Source: a virus
Direction: 5' to 3' (one strand)
IMG/VR virus record: IMGVR_UViG_3300043444_000523
Coordinates: 32,001-96,000 of that record
DNA length: 64,000 nucleotides
How positions within the stretch are numbered: position 1 is the stretch's first letter; each line of letters begins with the position of its first letter. Positions 1 through 9,696 of the stretch are shown here, one piece after another. Below the pieces are notes generated by a model, which ran no database searches, was not told the DNA's origin, and saw only the letters and a list, made by a program, of their open reading frames with translations. The translations under genes and the position numbers were made by a program.

Positions 1-689
1 GGGACGTGATACCACGTCATCTTGATTGTTTTCTTTTTGAGGAACATCCTCAACTGGCCATTGCCAGCTGACTTACCATGAGGGACCGCACTGGCCGCAA
101 CGTCAAATATGAATCTTCCTGCGTTTGCAGTGACGTACTCTCCAGATGGGATAGTCTCTACGTCAACATATCTGAGCCACTCTTGCGCATACGTTACATC
201 CGATTGAACTGTTCCGTTTTCTCGATAGATGCTAGTAACGCCAGTTGGGATGCTGTCATCTTTAAGAACAGCAAATGGCCTTGGGGTGAATGAACAGCCT
301 CCGAATCTCCATCCAGGATACATGGCAGACTTAGAGATCAGTGATGCCTCAAAAATACCTGGTCCATCTGTCGTAAATTGTGACGGCCTGCCGACCCCTC
401 GAATGTCGCTTATCCCTTCACAGTAACACCACCAGAAAAACGGATCGGCCTTTGGTTGTACTCTTTTTAGCCTGTAGCCGTCATTGTGCGTGTGCGTGCT
501 TCCTGTAAGCTCAATTATTGCGTCTGTAACCTCTATAGGGTCTGTGATAGCCTCATGTCCTGTAGCCGTCTGACCGTCTTGGCCGATGATGTAGTTGCGA
601 ACAGACTTCAACCCACCTCGAACCGACACGCTTGCCGTGCTTGGGCTGACTCCAGCCGTTGTCTCCATGTATAAGCGAAGATCAGCCAT
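1..689 (-). CDS. Putative tail/virion protein, runs off the left edge (MADLRLYMETTAG...)
   Basis: Open frame read by hand from ATG at 689, GAGG RBS upstream, directly after the tape-measure-like gene. Confidence 0.65.
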   Translation of the reverse strand, partial: MADLRLYMETTAGVSPSTASVSVRGGLKSVRNYIIGQDGQTATGHEAITDPIEVTDAIIELTGSTHTHNDGYRLKRVQPKADPFFWWCYCEGISDIRGVGRPSQFTTDGPGIFEASLISKSAMYPGWRFGGCSFTPRPFAVLKDDSIPTGVTSIYRENGTVQSDVTYAQEWLRYVDVETIPSGEYVTANAGRFIFDVAASAVPHGKSAGNGQLRMFLKKKTIKMTWYHV

Positions 690-700
690 TCAAAATCCTC

Positions 701-1891
701 TTATCGACGGAAGTGCATAAGACGGTCAAGTTTGTCGAGCCCCATCTCAAATGATTTCCCAACAGCCTTTGCCTTCGTGTATTCTGTCTCAACGTCACCA
801 GCCAGCCTCCTGGCAGCACTAGCAACATCCTTCACATCATTGAATATGCCAGTGACTTCCTCCTTCTTAGCCTCAAGCCACTTCTGCGCCATCTCGGCAG
901 ACTCTTTGATCTTCTCAACTGTCGGCATCTTTTCTTTAACCAAAGCTACAAGGTCTTTGATCTCGTTGACCGTCTTGTTTGTTCCGTCATCCCCATTGGC
1001 AATCAGCTTCTCAAGTTCACCCTTGATCTGGCCAAGGAACTCAACTGCCTGCTCTGCCGGGTCTTTCTTTTTGTCGTCTCCGTAAGCACTGGCCCGAAAC
1101 GCCTCAAGCTGAACGCTCTTGGCCAAATCCCCGATAGCTTTGAACGCAGGATTCATCAACACCGCTGTTCCGCCAGACTCTTCTTTTTCAGATTTCCCGG
1201 TTTTGCCGAGTCCCTTGATCAGCCCCTCGATCCCTTTGGTCCATCCGAATGACGCCATCAGGCGAGCAGAAAACAGTATCATGTCTTTGATCAGGTTCCT
1301 TACCGTCTCACGAAGTTCCTTCATCACGTCCTTAACCGACTTGCCCTCTCCAATAAGCCCGCTCATCGTCCCTTTGACCATCTCTGCAAGGCCGCGTGAG
1401 AACGCCGTGAAAGAAGACCAAACATCTTTCATGATGTCGATGACGCCAACCATCACATCCTTGATCATTCTCAATGTCGGCATCATGCCATTGATCATGA
1501 TCGACATATCATCGAACGACTGAATCAACACATCGCCAATTGCCTGTGACAGCTCCTGGATCATCGGCTCAAGTTTACGCATGATCGGCAGCAACTTGTC
1601 CGACAAATCCTTTGTGACCTCTCTGGCCACATCGACCATTGGCCGCATTGCAACGCCAATCACGGCGTTCAGGTCTCTGAACTTCCTCCCAAGATCATCG
1701 ACAAGAGCCGGATCGATTGCTTTGACAAAGTGAGATGCAATGTCTGTGAGCTGCTCAAACGGAACAATCATCATCTTCATCTGACCGACGAATGTTCTCG
1801 TCATGTCAACGAACGGCTGTACGATGCTCGACATACCCGGAGTAGCAAACCCCGCAGCCATCGCGCCAGACATCTCTCCAAACGAAGCCAT
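701..1891 (-). CDS. Tape-measure-like helical tail protein (short, 396 aa)
   Basis: Amphipathic helical Met/Ala/Gly-rich composition; position after the tail chaperones. Confidence 0.55.
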   Translation of the reverse strand: MASFGEMSGAMAAGFATPGMSSIVQPFVDMTRTFVGQMKMMIVPFEQLTDIASHFVKAIDPALVDDLGRKFRDLNAVIGVAMRPMVDVAREVTKDLSDKLLPIMRKLEPMIQELSQAIGDVLIQSFDDMSIMINGMMPTLRMIKDVMVGVIDIMKDVWSSFTAFSRGLAEMVKGTMSGLIGEGKSVKDVMKELRETVRNLIKDMILFSARLMASFGWTKGIEGLIKGLGKTGKSEKEESGGTAVLMNPAFKAIGDLAKSVQLEAFRASAYGDDKKKDPAEQAVEFLGQIKGELEKLIANGDDGTNKTVNEIKDLVALVKEKMPTVEKIKESAEMAQKWLEAKKEEVTGIFNDVKDVASAARRLAGDVETEYTKAKAVGKSFEMGLDKLDRLMHFRR

Positions 1892-2184
1892 TAAACACCT
1901 AATTCAAGTCGCTTGAGAACAGCAATCACATAGTCCCGGCTCACTCCCTTGGGGAGCAACACAGACGGCCCCTTCGGCTTGCCGTCTACAACCGGGTGAA
2001 TGATCCTGATCCGCATTTGCAGAAGCCTCCCGATGTTGTCACGGGAGTTATCAGGGACGAACTTCAGTCCCTTCGGGAACTCGATTCGTTCGCCGTCCGT
2101 CATGATCGCAAATGCCGGATCGCCGCTGCTGTCCACTTCGCTCAGGACTGCTTCGGCAACTGCTTGTTCATCTGAGAAAGACAT
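1891..2184 (-). CDS. Hypothetical protein
   Basis: ORF whose stop abuts the start of the next gene. Confidence 0.5.
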   Translation of the reverse strand: MSFSDEQAVAEAVLSEVDSSGDPAFAIMTDGERIEFPKGLKFVPDNSRDNIGRLLQMRIRIIHPVVDGKPKGPSVLLPKGVSRDYVIAVLKRLELGV

Positions 2185-2903
2185 GCTTCTCTCACTTTCT
2201 TCATTTTGAAACACTTCACCAAATGATCGTAAGCATCCGCAAGATTCGGCGTATCATTGCTGACGCCGTAGTTTGCCAACTCTCCAGACTCTGCCATTGC
2301 AGAGAAAGCCGACAATCCATCACGATCCGGCATCTGGAGCACATTGACAAGTTTGTCGTAAATCCGGCAATTCTCTTTCCACGACGTATCGAAGAAGTTC
2401 CTTATGGCCTCTTCATTGGCTTTCTTGTCATTGCTCATGACGCAACCATAATTCTGCAACTGGCCGTGCATGGCCAACGTGGCAATCATGACGTATTGCC
2501 GATCTTTGGTGACATCACGCGGCACACTGAACGGGTCTTTATCGTTCTCGCCGGGATAAACATCAAAGCACTTGTGCTGGTCCAATCCAAGACCGCCGAT
2601 CATCTGAAGACCGCTCTTCGCCATGTCATCCTCTTCTTTCTGTTCTTCGTTCTTCTCGTTTTGCTTGTCTGGTTCCAACGGCGGAATCACCAGAGCACTT
2701 GCCATCTCTTTGTTCTTCTCAAGAACGCCGCTAATCGACTCGCTCATGCTGTTCAGCATCTGCCAAAGCTCAAACGTCCTTCGTGGAGTCTGATTCGCTA
2801 TCTCTTCGTCTGAGCAACTCAGTGGCCACGACTTCAGCTGGCAGAACGCCCTGTTCCAGTCCATCTTGAGGTCTTCCCTGTCCTCAAGTTTTGGGACACT
2901 CAC
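2142..2903 (-). CDS. Tail assembly chaperone C-terminal (GT) extension / hypothetical
   Basis: Lies in the -1 frame of the 2921..3406 gene and is open from the slippery site. Confidence 0.6.
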   Translation of the reverse strand: MSVPKLEDREDLKMDWNRAFCQLKSWPLSCSDEEIANQTPRRTFELWQMLNSMSESISGVLEKNKEMASALVIPPLEPDKQNEKNEEQKEEDDMAKSGLQMIGGLGLDQHKCFDVYPGENDKDPFSVPRDVTKDRQYVMIATLAMHGQLQNYGCVMSNDKKANEEAIRNFFDTSWKENCRIYDKLVNVLQMPDRDGLSAFSAMAESGELANYGVSNDTPNLADAYDHLVKCFKMKKVREACLSQMNKQLPKQS

Positions 2904-2920
2904 TGGCCCTGAATGTCCCC

Positions 2921-3406
2921 CTACTCTTTTGGGGGCGACGGCAATCCATTCTTCATGGTCAAAGAAATCTTGGCCCTCAGTTCCTCCGGCTTAGCCGCCA
3001 TCAACTCAATCGACTCGTCAAACGAAAGGCCAGTGAACAGAGAGACCAGAACAACGCTTCCCTCGAATATCACGCCAGACTCTTTCGGTGCGGCCTCGCC
3101 CCTGTCCGCCATGCCCATGATCTTCATCATGATTGGGCTTCCGAATGAATATGTCCCATTCTCAACACAATCATCGGAGAAAGAATTTTCCAAGGCATCG
3201 ACTTGCTCCTGCGTCATCAGCCCCATTTCTTTTTTCTTCTTCCACAGAACCAGTTTCACACCAAACGCGCGGTCGATCAGATACGACTCAACAGCGGAAA
3301 TGATTGACTTCCACTTCAATGGCATGATCTGGACAGTGCGCCCTTTGAACTCAATCTCCAAAGGCGATGCTTGCCCACCAAGACCGGCTGAAACGCTCGC
3401 AGACAT
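2921..3406 (-). CDS. Tail assembly chaperone (lambda G-like)
   Basis: Between tail tube and tape measure; ends in a slippery site. Confidence 0.7.
   Translation of the reverse strand: MSASVSAGLGGQASPLEIEFKGRTVQIMPLKWKSIISAVESYLIDRAFGVKLVLWKKKKEMGLMTQEQVDALENSFSDDCVENGTYSFGSPIMMKIMGMADRGEAAPKESGVIFEGSVVLVSLFTGLSFDESIELMAAKPEELRAKISLTMKNGLPSPPKE
2927..2933 (-). other. Programmed -1 frameshift slippery site C CCA AAA
   Basis: X XXY YYZ heptamer one codon before the stop of the chaperone gene; the -1 frame runs into ORF 2142..2903. Confidence 0.7.
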
Positions 3407-3414
3407 AAGGCCCC

Positions 3415-3879
3415 TTAGAAGGTAACTGAGAATGATCCGTTGGATTCAATCGACACAGAAGCACGAGCCACGGCATTGCTTGTAGCAGTGCTAAGCCGAA
3501 TATCGGCAACACGGAATGTGATCGTGAAACTTGAACCGCCGCCGCCAAGAGCAAATACCATCGAAATGCTCTGCCCTTGAGTTAATCCAAGAGAACTGTT
3601 GTAAGGCCCTTCGACAGTGCCCTTACACGCGAAAATGCCAGCCTCATTCGACTGATAACCGCTAGATGTAAAATTCGTTGTCGGAATGATTTCTGCTGGG
3701 AATGACAAGTCAACCTTGTCCATCGGCTGAGAAGTTGCGCTCCAAGTCCAGCTACTCGCCTTTCCCGGATAAAAGGTGCCAAGCAGAAGAAGAAACGGCA
3801 GCAGCAAGATTAGATAATCAAGCCACTTATCAGCGTCTTTCAAAAACTGAAATAATTCAAACATTTCTTCTCCTATCAC
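3415..3879 (-). CDS. Major tail (tube) protein; start uncertain
   Basis: Beta-rich Ser/Thr/Gly sequence (FYPGK...TTNFTSSGYQ...SIESNGSF); position upstream of the chaperone. Confidence 0.65.
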   Translation of the reverse strand: MIGEEMFELFQFLKDADKWLDYLILLLPFLLLLGTFYPGKASSWTWSATSQPMDKVDLSFPAEIIPTTNFTSSGYQSNEAGIFACKGTVEGPYNSSLGLTQGQSISMVFALGGGGSSFTITFRVADIRLSTATSNAVARASVSIESNGSFSVTF

Positions 3880-4367
3880 GCAGTCTTGAGAACAACCGCA
3901 AGTGTGTACGTCAATGTCCCAGACCCGGCTGTGTTTGTCAGTCTGATATTTCTTGTAGTGTTGTCAACGGTGGTCGCCGTCGTTGCTCCGAACGCAAACA
4001 AGCCGCCAGAGGCTCCATTGACCTGCGGGCCTGTGCCAGCAAGAAACCAACTCAACGGATTCGCCGCACCAGGGTCATATCTCCATGTCGTGCCAGAGGT
4101 CTTTACAAATATCATGTAAGCGCCGGTTGGCGTCAACGCCGTTCCGAATGCCGTCTCTGTCAGCGACCGAATATCGATTGTCACTGCGGCAGCTGCTGAT
4201 AAAGTCCCCTGAACGAAGTAAACTTCACTGGCATCGCTGGCCCCGATTGTCGGGACTATTTCGCCAACTAAAGCACTTGAATGCGTCGATGAATCAAAGC
4301 CGGTGATGGTATGGAGCTGTGTCCACGCCATACTTACATCAAGCCGCGCTGTGACCAGATTCGCCAC
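3876..4367 (-). CDS. Virion structural protein
   Basis: Thr/Ala/Gly-rich beta-type sequence in the head-tail region. Confidence 0.55.
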   Translation of the reverse strand: MANLVTARLDVSMAWTQLHTITGFDSSTHSSALVGEIVPTIGASDASEVYFVQGTLSAAAAVTIDIRSLTETAFGTALTPTGAYMIFVKTSGTTWRYDPGAANPLSWFLAGTGPQVNGASGGLFAFGATTATTVDNTTRNIRLTNTAGSGTLTYTLAVVLKTA

Positions 4368-4822
4368 TACTTACCGCCTCTCACAGCCGCAAGGATTTTC
4401 TGCTTGTGTGCTTCTTCAGCAGCAATCTCTTTGTTGAATCTCTGTGTGTCCTTGGGGCAATCGACGTAGGACACCTGATCGCCCTCTCCTCTGGCCCGCT
4501 TGATGATCGACTTCACGCATGAAGGAATCGAGTCCAGGAAGGATTTACAAGATGCTTCACGCTCCTTGAGGCTGCTCGACTTCCAGCAGTCTTCGCACAT
4601 CACCGCCTGACTCTTCTCGCCGTCAATCATCAAGACGTTATCAGTCGGCTTTCGATGGATGTTCTCAACAACCAGCTTCCCAACTTCGTAGGAGATGTAA
4701 TGGAACGGCTTCCATATCATGCTGTCCTTGCACTTCGGGCATTCCATCATTCCAAGCGACTTCCCCTTGGCGTTCTCTGCCGCTATCTCTTCAGGGGAAT
4801 ACTCGATTGTCACCTTTGGCAT
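4367..4822 (-). CDS. Hypothetical protein with two CxxC motifs
   Basis: GAGG RBS, CPKC and CEDC. Confidence 0.5.
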   Translation of the reverse strand: MPKVTIEYSPEEIAAENAKGKSLGMMECPKCKDSMIWKPFHYISYEVGKLVVENIHRKPTDNVLMIDGEKSQAVMCEDCWKSSSLKEREASCKSFLDSIPSCVKSIIKRARGEGDQVSYVDCPKDTQRFNKEIAAEEAHKQKILAAVRGGK

Positions 4823-4829
4823 CGCATCC

Positions 4830-5384
4830 TCACGGTCGAGTATCGTCAGCAGACAAATCCCAGTTGAACTCAAGTTCCAATGTCAGCCTGAACGGACGCC
4901 ATGTGCTTGTTCCAGGCCCCGGAGGCTCAAACGAAACCCACAGCATCGGCCTCTTCAGGATCGCATCACCATCGGCATTGAGAAGGTCTTCTTCCCAAAA
5001 CGCCGCAAACAACCGGCCAAGAAGCCTATTCCCCCTCGGTGGAGGAGAAGCGGCCTCATCTACTGCCGCCTCTGCTCTCCAAAACAAATCGAGATCGTTC
5101 CTCATCCACAGCGTAATCCGCACCTGCCCCTGAACAATGAACTCGCTGATGTTCCCGCCGCCTATGAACACATCGCCATGCGCCCAAACAAGACTCGGAT
5201 ACCTGACCGTGATAAACCTGTCCGAGAACGGCATGTTCCCAGGCAACGCCTCATCATCCAAAGTCATGTACACCTGCGATGAATCGACTATGTTCGCATC
5301 AATCACCTTCTGGGCCATCCGCTTATGGACCGTATCAAGCGATGTCCCAGAAAGCCGAGTCACATCCGGGTCGAAGGCCATCAA
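4830..5384 (-). CDS. Putative tail terminator / neck protein
   Basis: Size and synteny after the adaptor. Confidence 0.45.
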   Translation of the reverse strand: MMAFDPDVTRLSGTSLDTVHKRMAQKVIDANIVDSSQVYMTLDDEALPGNMPFSDRFITVRYPSLVWAHGDVFIGGGNISEFIVQGQVRITLWMRNDLDLFWRAEAAVDEAASPPPRGNRLLGRLFAAFWEEDLLNADGDAILKRPMLWVSFEPPGPGTSTWRPFRLTLELEFNWDLSADDTRP

Positions 5385-5920
5385 TTAGTCCCCGTCAACG
5401 GATTGCTCGTCCAGTTATCCGACCGGCTTCCAAAGAACCGGCTGAATACTTCCGTTGGCCGATTGGAAATCCCGTCTGACCGCTTGCTGACATCCACCGT
5501 AGAAATCTGGCCTGCCTCAGCAGCCTCTTGGATGCCAAACACCAACTCGCCCTTGTTCAATGCGTCCAGCATTTCACGGGCCTCTTTGTAGCCGGACACC
5601 TTCTCAGGCTCAGGGATTCTCCTCTTGGCCAAGTGATAGAACGCCAAATCGCACACAAGCCCCTTCAGTGCAGCCTGACTGGCCCCTGTCAATGCGGCCA
5701 AGTCTGTTGGTGTGTACCTTTCGCCGCGATAGCAAGCCATTTCCACTTCGCCAGATGCCCGAAGCAAAGCCTTCGACACGATGTTGTTGGTCGGCAAGTC
5801 TCCAGGCGTCAACGTCACACCAGCATCGCTCGCATAATGGCAAATCTTGTTCACATCATGTGCGTCAACAAGATCGTCAGAGTCGGCGTATGACGTTGCG
5901 CTAGAAACAATCGTGGCCAT
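5381..5920 (-). CDS. Head-tail adaptor (Mu gp36/DUF1320-like)
   Basis: SYA..DL start, AL.RASGEV, Y.P, LVCDLAFYHL..RR, YKEA..ML pattern. Confidence 0.75.
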   Translation of the reverse strand: MATIVSSATSYADSDDLVDAHDVNKICHYASDAGVTLTPGDLPTNNIVSKALLRASGEVEMACYRGERYTPTDLAALTGASQAALKGLVCDLAFYHLAKRRIPEPEKVSGYKEAREMLDALNKGELVFGIQEAAEAGQISTVDVSKRSDGISNRPTEVFSRFFGSRSDNWTSNPLTGTN

Positions 5921-5941
5921 TCATTCACCAGTCCTACAACG

Positions 5942-5979
5942 AAAAAACCCGTCGCCGCCAAGGGCGACGACGGGCGGCG
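5942..5979 (-). terminator. Intrinsic terminator
   Basis: GC hairpin (CCCGTCGTCGC / GCGGCGACGGG) followed by a T run on the minus strand. Confidence 0.65.
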
Positions 5980-5996
5980 TAACGGAGCACAATCAA

Positions 5997-6563
5997 TCAA
6001 ATGACCCGATGCTCTTTCCACACAATCGTCGATGCGTAGAGAGCCACGCTTGCCTTCGTGCAAGCCAAGTAAACCAAAACTCCAGACGGCACAATCAGAG
6101 AACCATTGAACTCGTGAACAGCCGCAGTCGTTGCGTGCGCGGTTCCTGTGTCTGCTTCAAGGTTGATCGTGAACAGCGTTCGCATCCATTCGGTTGCAAC
6201 ACCAGCAGTGACAGTGTTTGTTCCGGTATTCGAGCAATTGATAGACGACGACTTGCCGAAAAACAACCGGCCATTGACAGGCCTGTTTGTTTCATCAAGA
6301 GCCGTCATAAGCTGGCCGGTAGCAATTGCAGTCAGTCCCCTTCGTGCCATCAAACCAATTGCGCCGAAGTCTGCCGTCCCAGAAGTCCTTGCACAACTCA
6401 CAGAAACCAACTCGATGTCAACGCCAGACTGCGGCGGATTCCAGATCGGCAATGCACCGCCGCCAAGGGCCGTCGCTGTATAGATCGGGATCGCAAGCCC
6501 AAGCGGGGTAGTGCTCAGGCTGAACGTGATCCCGTCTTTTGTGTCCTGATACATCGCTGTCAT
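5997..6563 (-). CDS. Virion structural protein
   Basis: GGAG RBS, Thr/Ala/Gly-rich, directly downstream of the capsid gene. Confidence 0.55.
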   Translation of the reverse strand: MTAMYQDTKDGITFSLSTTPLGLAIPIYTATALGGGALPIWNPPQSGVDIELVSVSCARTSGTADFGAIGLMARRGLTAIATGQLMTALDETNRPVNGRLFFGKSSSINCSNTGTNTVTAGVATEWMRTLFTINLEADTGTAHATTAAVHEFNGSLIVPSGVLVYLACTKASVALYASTIVWKEHRVI

Positions 6564-6584
6564 TCTCCCAAGTCATCGATCAGA

Positions 6585-7682
6585 TTAGATCGGGCTCAGA
6601 ATGTTCTGAATCAGCCAGCCAGAGGCTGGGGCAGCAAGCACTTCCTGAATTTCTTCCGTGACGTAGCCGCGTGTCATGCGGTTCTCAGGATCATCGAACG
6701 TCTCAAGTTCGATTTCCTTGCCGTAGTAGTACAATTGCAAGGTCGAGAAGTTGGACGAACTTGCCATTCCGTCCAAGCCTCCGATTCGAGATAGAACAAT
6801 GGCCGAACTGTCATCCTTGATAAACCGGCGTCCAGGGACAGCGCCAGTCACCGAGGCCTCAGAACCGATTGCGGCCGATGCGGAATCACGTTCGGTCACA
6901 ATGCTGGCGTCTTCGACCAGAATGTCCCAGCCATAAAGCTGATCCGGCAGACCCCACTGAGAATTCTGCCCAGGCTCACGACCCTTCACCTGTGCCATCG
7001 CAAATGGCGATTCACGCAAGTAATCATGAATTTCAGGAGACCGGCTGACTCGAAGGGCCGCATTCGGGCTCAACATCAAACGCAACAGACCCTTGTTTCG
7101 GAAGTTCACTGCGCCGTTGGTGTACAAGTTGATCCGAGCGCCAACGGTATCCAGCGTGCTCTTGATCGCAAGGTAGTTGCCGCTGCCAGGATCAGACGAG
7201 GACAAATCCCAGAACCCGCGACCGCCGTTCAAAGAGTTGGCCGTCGCCGTGTTATTGCCCCAGCCGCTTGTCGTCTCAAGCAACGTAATTGCTCGCTGAG
7301 TTCTGGCCGTCATAAGTCGGCTTCGTGCTTGCATGGACTCCACATCGAGAACCTTGATGTCGGCTTGTTCGATGAGCTTCCAGTCAAGGACGAACTTCTC
7401 AAATCGCCGTTCGGTCTGGAACTCAACGGTATCGAACTTCGCACCGTTGAAGTCGCCGATGTCTCGGCGCATTCCGCCTTTCCAGACGTTTTCCTTGTCG
7501 TTCACAGAGCGAACGAACGAATCCACGCCGATCCTGTAATAGAGACCGACCGTTTTCTTGGTCTCAATCAGCTGGGCGTAGTCATTCAACAGGAAGTTCT
7601 TGGGGTCGCGGGCAAACATAATTGCTTGCCCGGTCGCTTCTGGAACAAAGGCGTTGAATTCACCGAAAAAGTTCAAGGCCAC
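6585..7682 (-). CDS. Major capsid protein (HK97 fold)
   Basis: 365 aa, AAGGAG RBS, C-terminal VLAAPASGWLIQNI, follows scaffold and decoration genes. Confidence 0.85.
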   Translation of the reverse strand: MALNFFGEFNAFVPEATGQAIMFARDPKNFLLNDYAQLIETKKTVGLYYRIGVDSFVRSVNDKENVWKGGMRRDIGDFNGAKFDTVEFQTERRFEKFVLDWKLIEQADIKVLDVESMQARSRLMTARTQRAITLLETTSGWGNNTATANSLNGGRGFWDLSSSDPGSGNYLAIKSTLDTVGARINLYTNGAVNFRNKGLLRLMLSPNAALRVSRSPEIHDYLRESPFAMAQVKGREPGQNSQWGLPDQLYGWDILVEDASIVTERDSASAAIGSEASVTGAVPGRRFIKDDSSAIVLSRIGGLDGMASSSNFSTLQLYYYGKEIELETFDDPENRMTRGYVTEEIQEVLAAPASGWLIQNILSPI

Positions 7683-7715
7683 GGCCTTCTCCTTGCAAAA
7701 TTATTGCAATACCAA

Positions 7716-8105
7716 TTAGACAGATCGTTCAAACGTCTTGACCTGTACACGAATCTGCTGGCCAGACGTTCCGCTGACAATGGCGCGAGCGCCAACGTCA
7801 TCAAGGTCTGTGCTTGAAGTCACGCCCTTGCCGTCTGCGTCAGACTTCAGATAGTCGCCAGCAGTGACGGTCCCGCCAAGCTCAAGCAGGCACTCTTCGT
7901 TTTCGAGGTAAACGCCGACAGGCTCGCCAGCGATTGCCGCGCGGCCAAGAGTTTCCACATACGGAGTCCGGCGAGTATCACGCTGGCTAATTCCGTAAAC
8001 CCGGCCGTTAGCGCCAGATTGCGTAACTTGGCCGCTGTCCGTTGTGTCCTTGATGACAAAACGGCACGGATAAATAGCTGCACTTGCAATTGCCGAAGCA
8101 GGCAT
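7716..8105 (-). CDS. Capsid decoration/cement protein (DUF2190-like)
   Basis: AAIYPCRFV...GEPVGV...LGGTVTAGDYLKSDADGKGV pattern. Confidence 0.75.
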   Translation of the reverse strand: MPASAIASAAIYPCRFVIKDTTDSGQVTQSGANGRVYGISQRDTRRTPYVETLGRAAIAGEPVGVYLENEECLLELGGTVTAGDYLKSDADGKGVTSSTDLDDVGARAIVSGTSGQQIRVQVKTFERSV

Positions 8106-8122
8106 GTTTCTCTCCAGTCAGA

Positions 8123-8926
8123 TCAGCTAACTCGAATCATGTCAAACGTCGTGGCCGCAGTCTTGCGAAGCAAGTATGTGCCGCCAGTGGTCGTTACAGC
8201 GCCAGAACCGATCAGCGTCACATCGGTTCCGCCAGAAAGCGTCGATGTATTCGATGCGTGATTCGCGTAATGGAACACAAGCAAAGAATCCCCAGTTCGC
8301 AATTCTGGGAAGTCGCCAGCAGTCTGAGTCCCTGTGCGAGTCGTCATCGTGACGTTTCCGCCAGATGCGTCCTGGAACAAAACCCGACCGCGAAGATTCG
8401 CTGCCGACACAGTACCAGCGTTCGCAACCGTTTCCTTGGACGTGTAGAACGGCAAGCCCTGGGCAAAAACAGTCGCCGCATACCAAAGAGTAGCCGATGT
8501 CGGGATGAACAAAGCCATCGTTCCGGCTTCCATCGTGAAAGCCGCATCTTCGGCCAATGCGTTGATATTGTCGTTGCCGCCGTTCACCGGATATACAAGC
8601 AACTTCGCAGTAGTATCGTTGATGACCCAGTACGGGCCAACCGTTGTCGCAGCCGCAGGCAACGCAACACCCTTCGCGTTGTCAGCACCAGTAACAACCG
8701 TCACTTGATTCACGATCACAGCGGCATCAGTGGCACTTGAGCCAGCTGCCGCCAGTGTTCCACGCGACAGACCCCACATGCTGCTTGCAGGCATCATGTG
8801 ATTGCCAGACGAGTCCAGCACAACCGCTTTGCTGGCAACGCCAGTACCGGCTGTAGCGCCGTCCAAGACCGCTTCTTCAGTGGTCGTCAGCGTACCGGCA
8901 GAATTAACAGGACGGCCATAGCCCAT
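8123..8926 (-). CDS. Virion structural (decoration/fibre) protein
   Basis: GAGGAG RBS, Thr/Ala/Gly-rich. Confidence 0.6.
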   Translation of the reverse strand: MGYGRPVNSAGTLTTTEEAVLDGATAGTGVASKAVVLDSSGNHMMPASSMWGLSRGTLAAAGSSATDAAVIVNQVTVVTGADNAKGVALPAAATTVGPYWVINDTTAKLLVYPVNGGNDNINALAEDAAFTMEAGTMALFIPTSATLWYAATVFAQGLPFYTSKETVANAGTVSAANLRGRVLFQDASGGNVTMTTRTGTQTAGDFPELRTGDSLLVFHYANHASNTSTLSGGTDVTLIGSGAVTTTGGTYLLRKTAATTFDMIRVS

Positions 8927-8962
8927 GATCCAACTCCTCAAAATAGGCGCGAGTCGCGCCTA

Positions 8963-9643
8963 TTAACGACCCGTGTAAATTGCTGAGACCTTTTCAAGAA
9001 CGCCAGCATTCGTGGCATTGCCTGAATGCAAAATCATCGGCTCGTTCATGCCGTCAAGCGGCCATTCAGTGATCGCAAGACCAGGGATGGTCCCAACAAA
9101 ACCAGCAACGCCTTCGCCAGCGTCGGAACCAAGGTAAGTCGTGATGCTCGCAGGGAGCGTGTATTGCGGATGGGCCAAGTTGTCGTTCGGATTCGTGTCC
9201 GTGATGATCCCGAAGAACCAGAACGGAGCACCCTTCAGAACCGTCGAAGTCGGCACGTTCGTCGTCATCGTGATCGCCAGCGTCGATACGCTGGAAACCG
9301 TGTCGAGAACGTAATTGCCATCGGCAGTCTGGTAAACGCAAAAATCGTTTGCCGCAATCGCGTTGTTCGATGTGTTCACAGTGCCAATCGCACTGTAAGC
9401 GCCAGGGTCTCGCTCAATGTTGATAACGGCTTGAGAAGTCGCAGCCGCAGCAGATGCGAACGTCTTTCCTAATGGCCTCATCACTGTAAGAGTGTGAGCT
9501 GTTGCGCCAGCTGTGTACCAAACGCTCGTCAAACGAGTGAAACTCTTTTCACGAGGCGGCACAAGCCGAGTAATCACCGTGCCTGCGGTTTGGGTCAGTT
9601 TCCCATGCCCAAAAACGCCATGTCCTGGAATCGAAATCATCAC
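8963..9643 (-). CDS. Virion structural protein
   Basis: AAGGAG RBS, Thr/Ala-rich. Confidence 0.55.
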   Translation of the reverse strand: MMISIPGHGVFGHGKLTQTAGTVITRLVPPREKSFTRLTSVWYTAGATAHTLTVMRPLGKTFASAAAATSQAVINIERDPGAYSAIGTVNTSNNAIAANDFCVYQTADGNYVLDTVSSVSTLAITMTTNVPTSTVLKGAPFWFFGIITDTNPNDNLAHPQYTLPASITTYLGSDAGEGVAGFVGTIPGLAITEWPLDGMNEPMILHSGNATNAGVLEKVSAIYTGR

Positions 9644-9696
9644 TTCTCCTTAGCTGCGTCTGGTGTCGGACAAGCCGATCATGCCGAGCGCACGGG

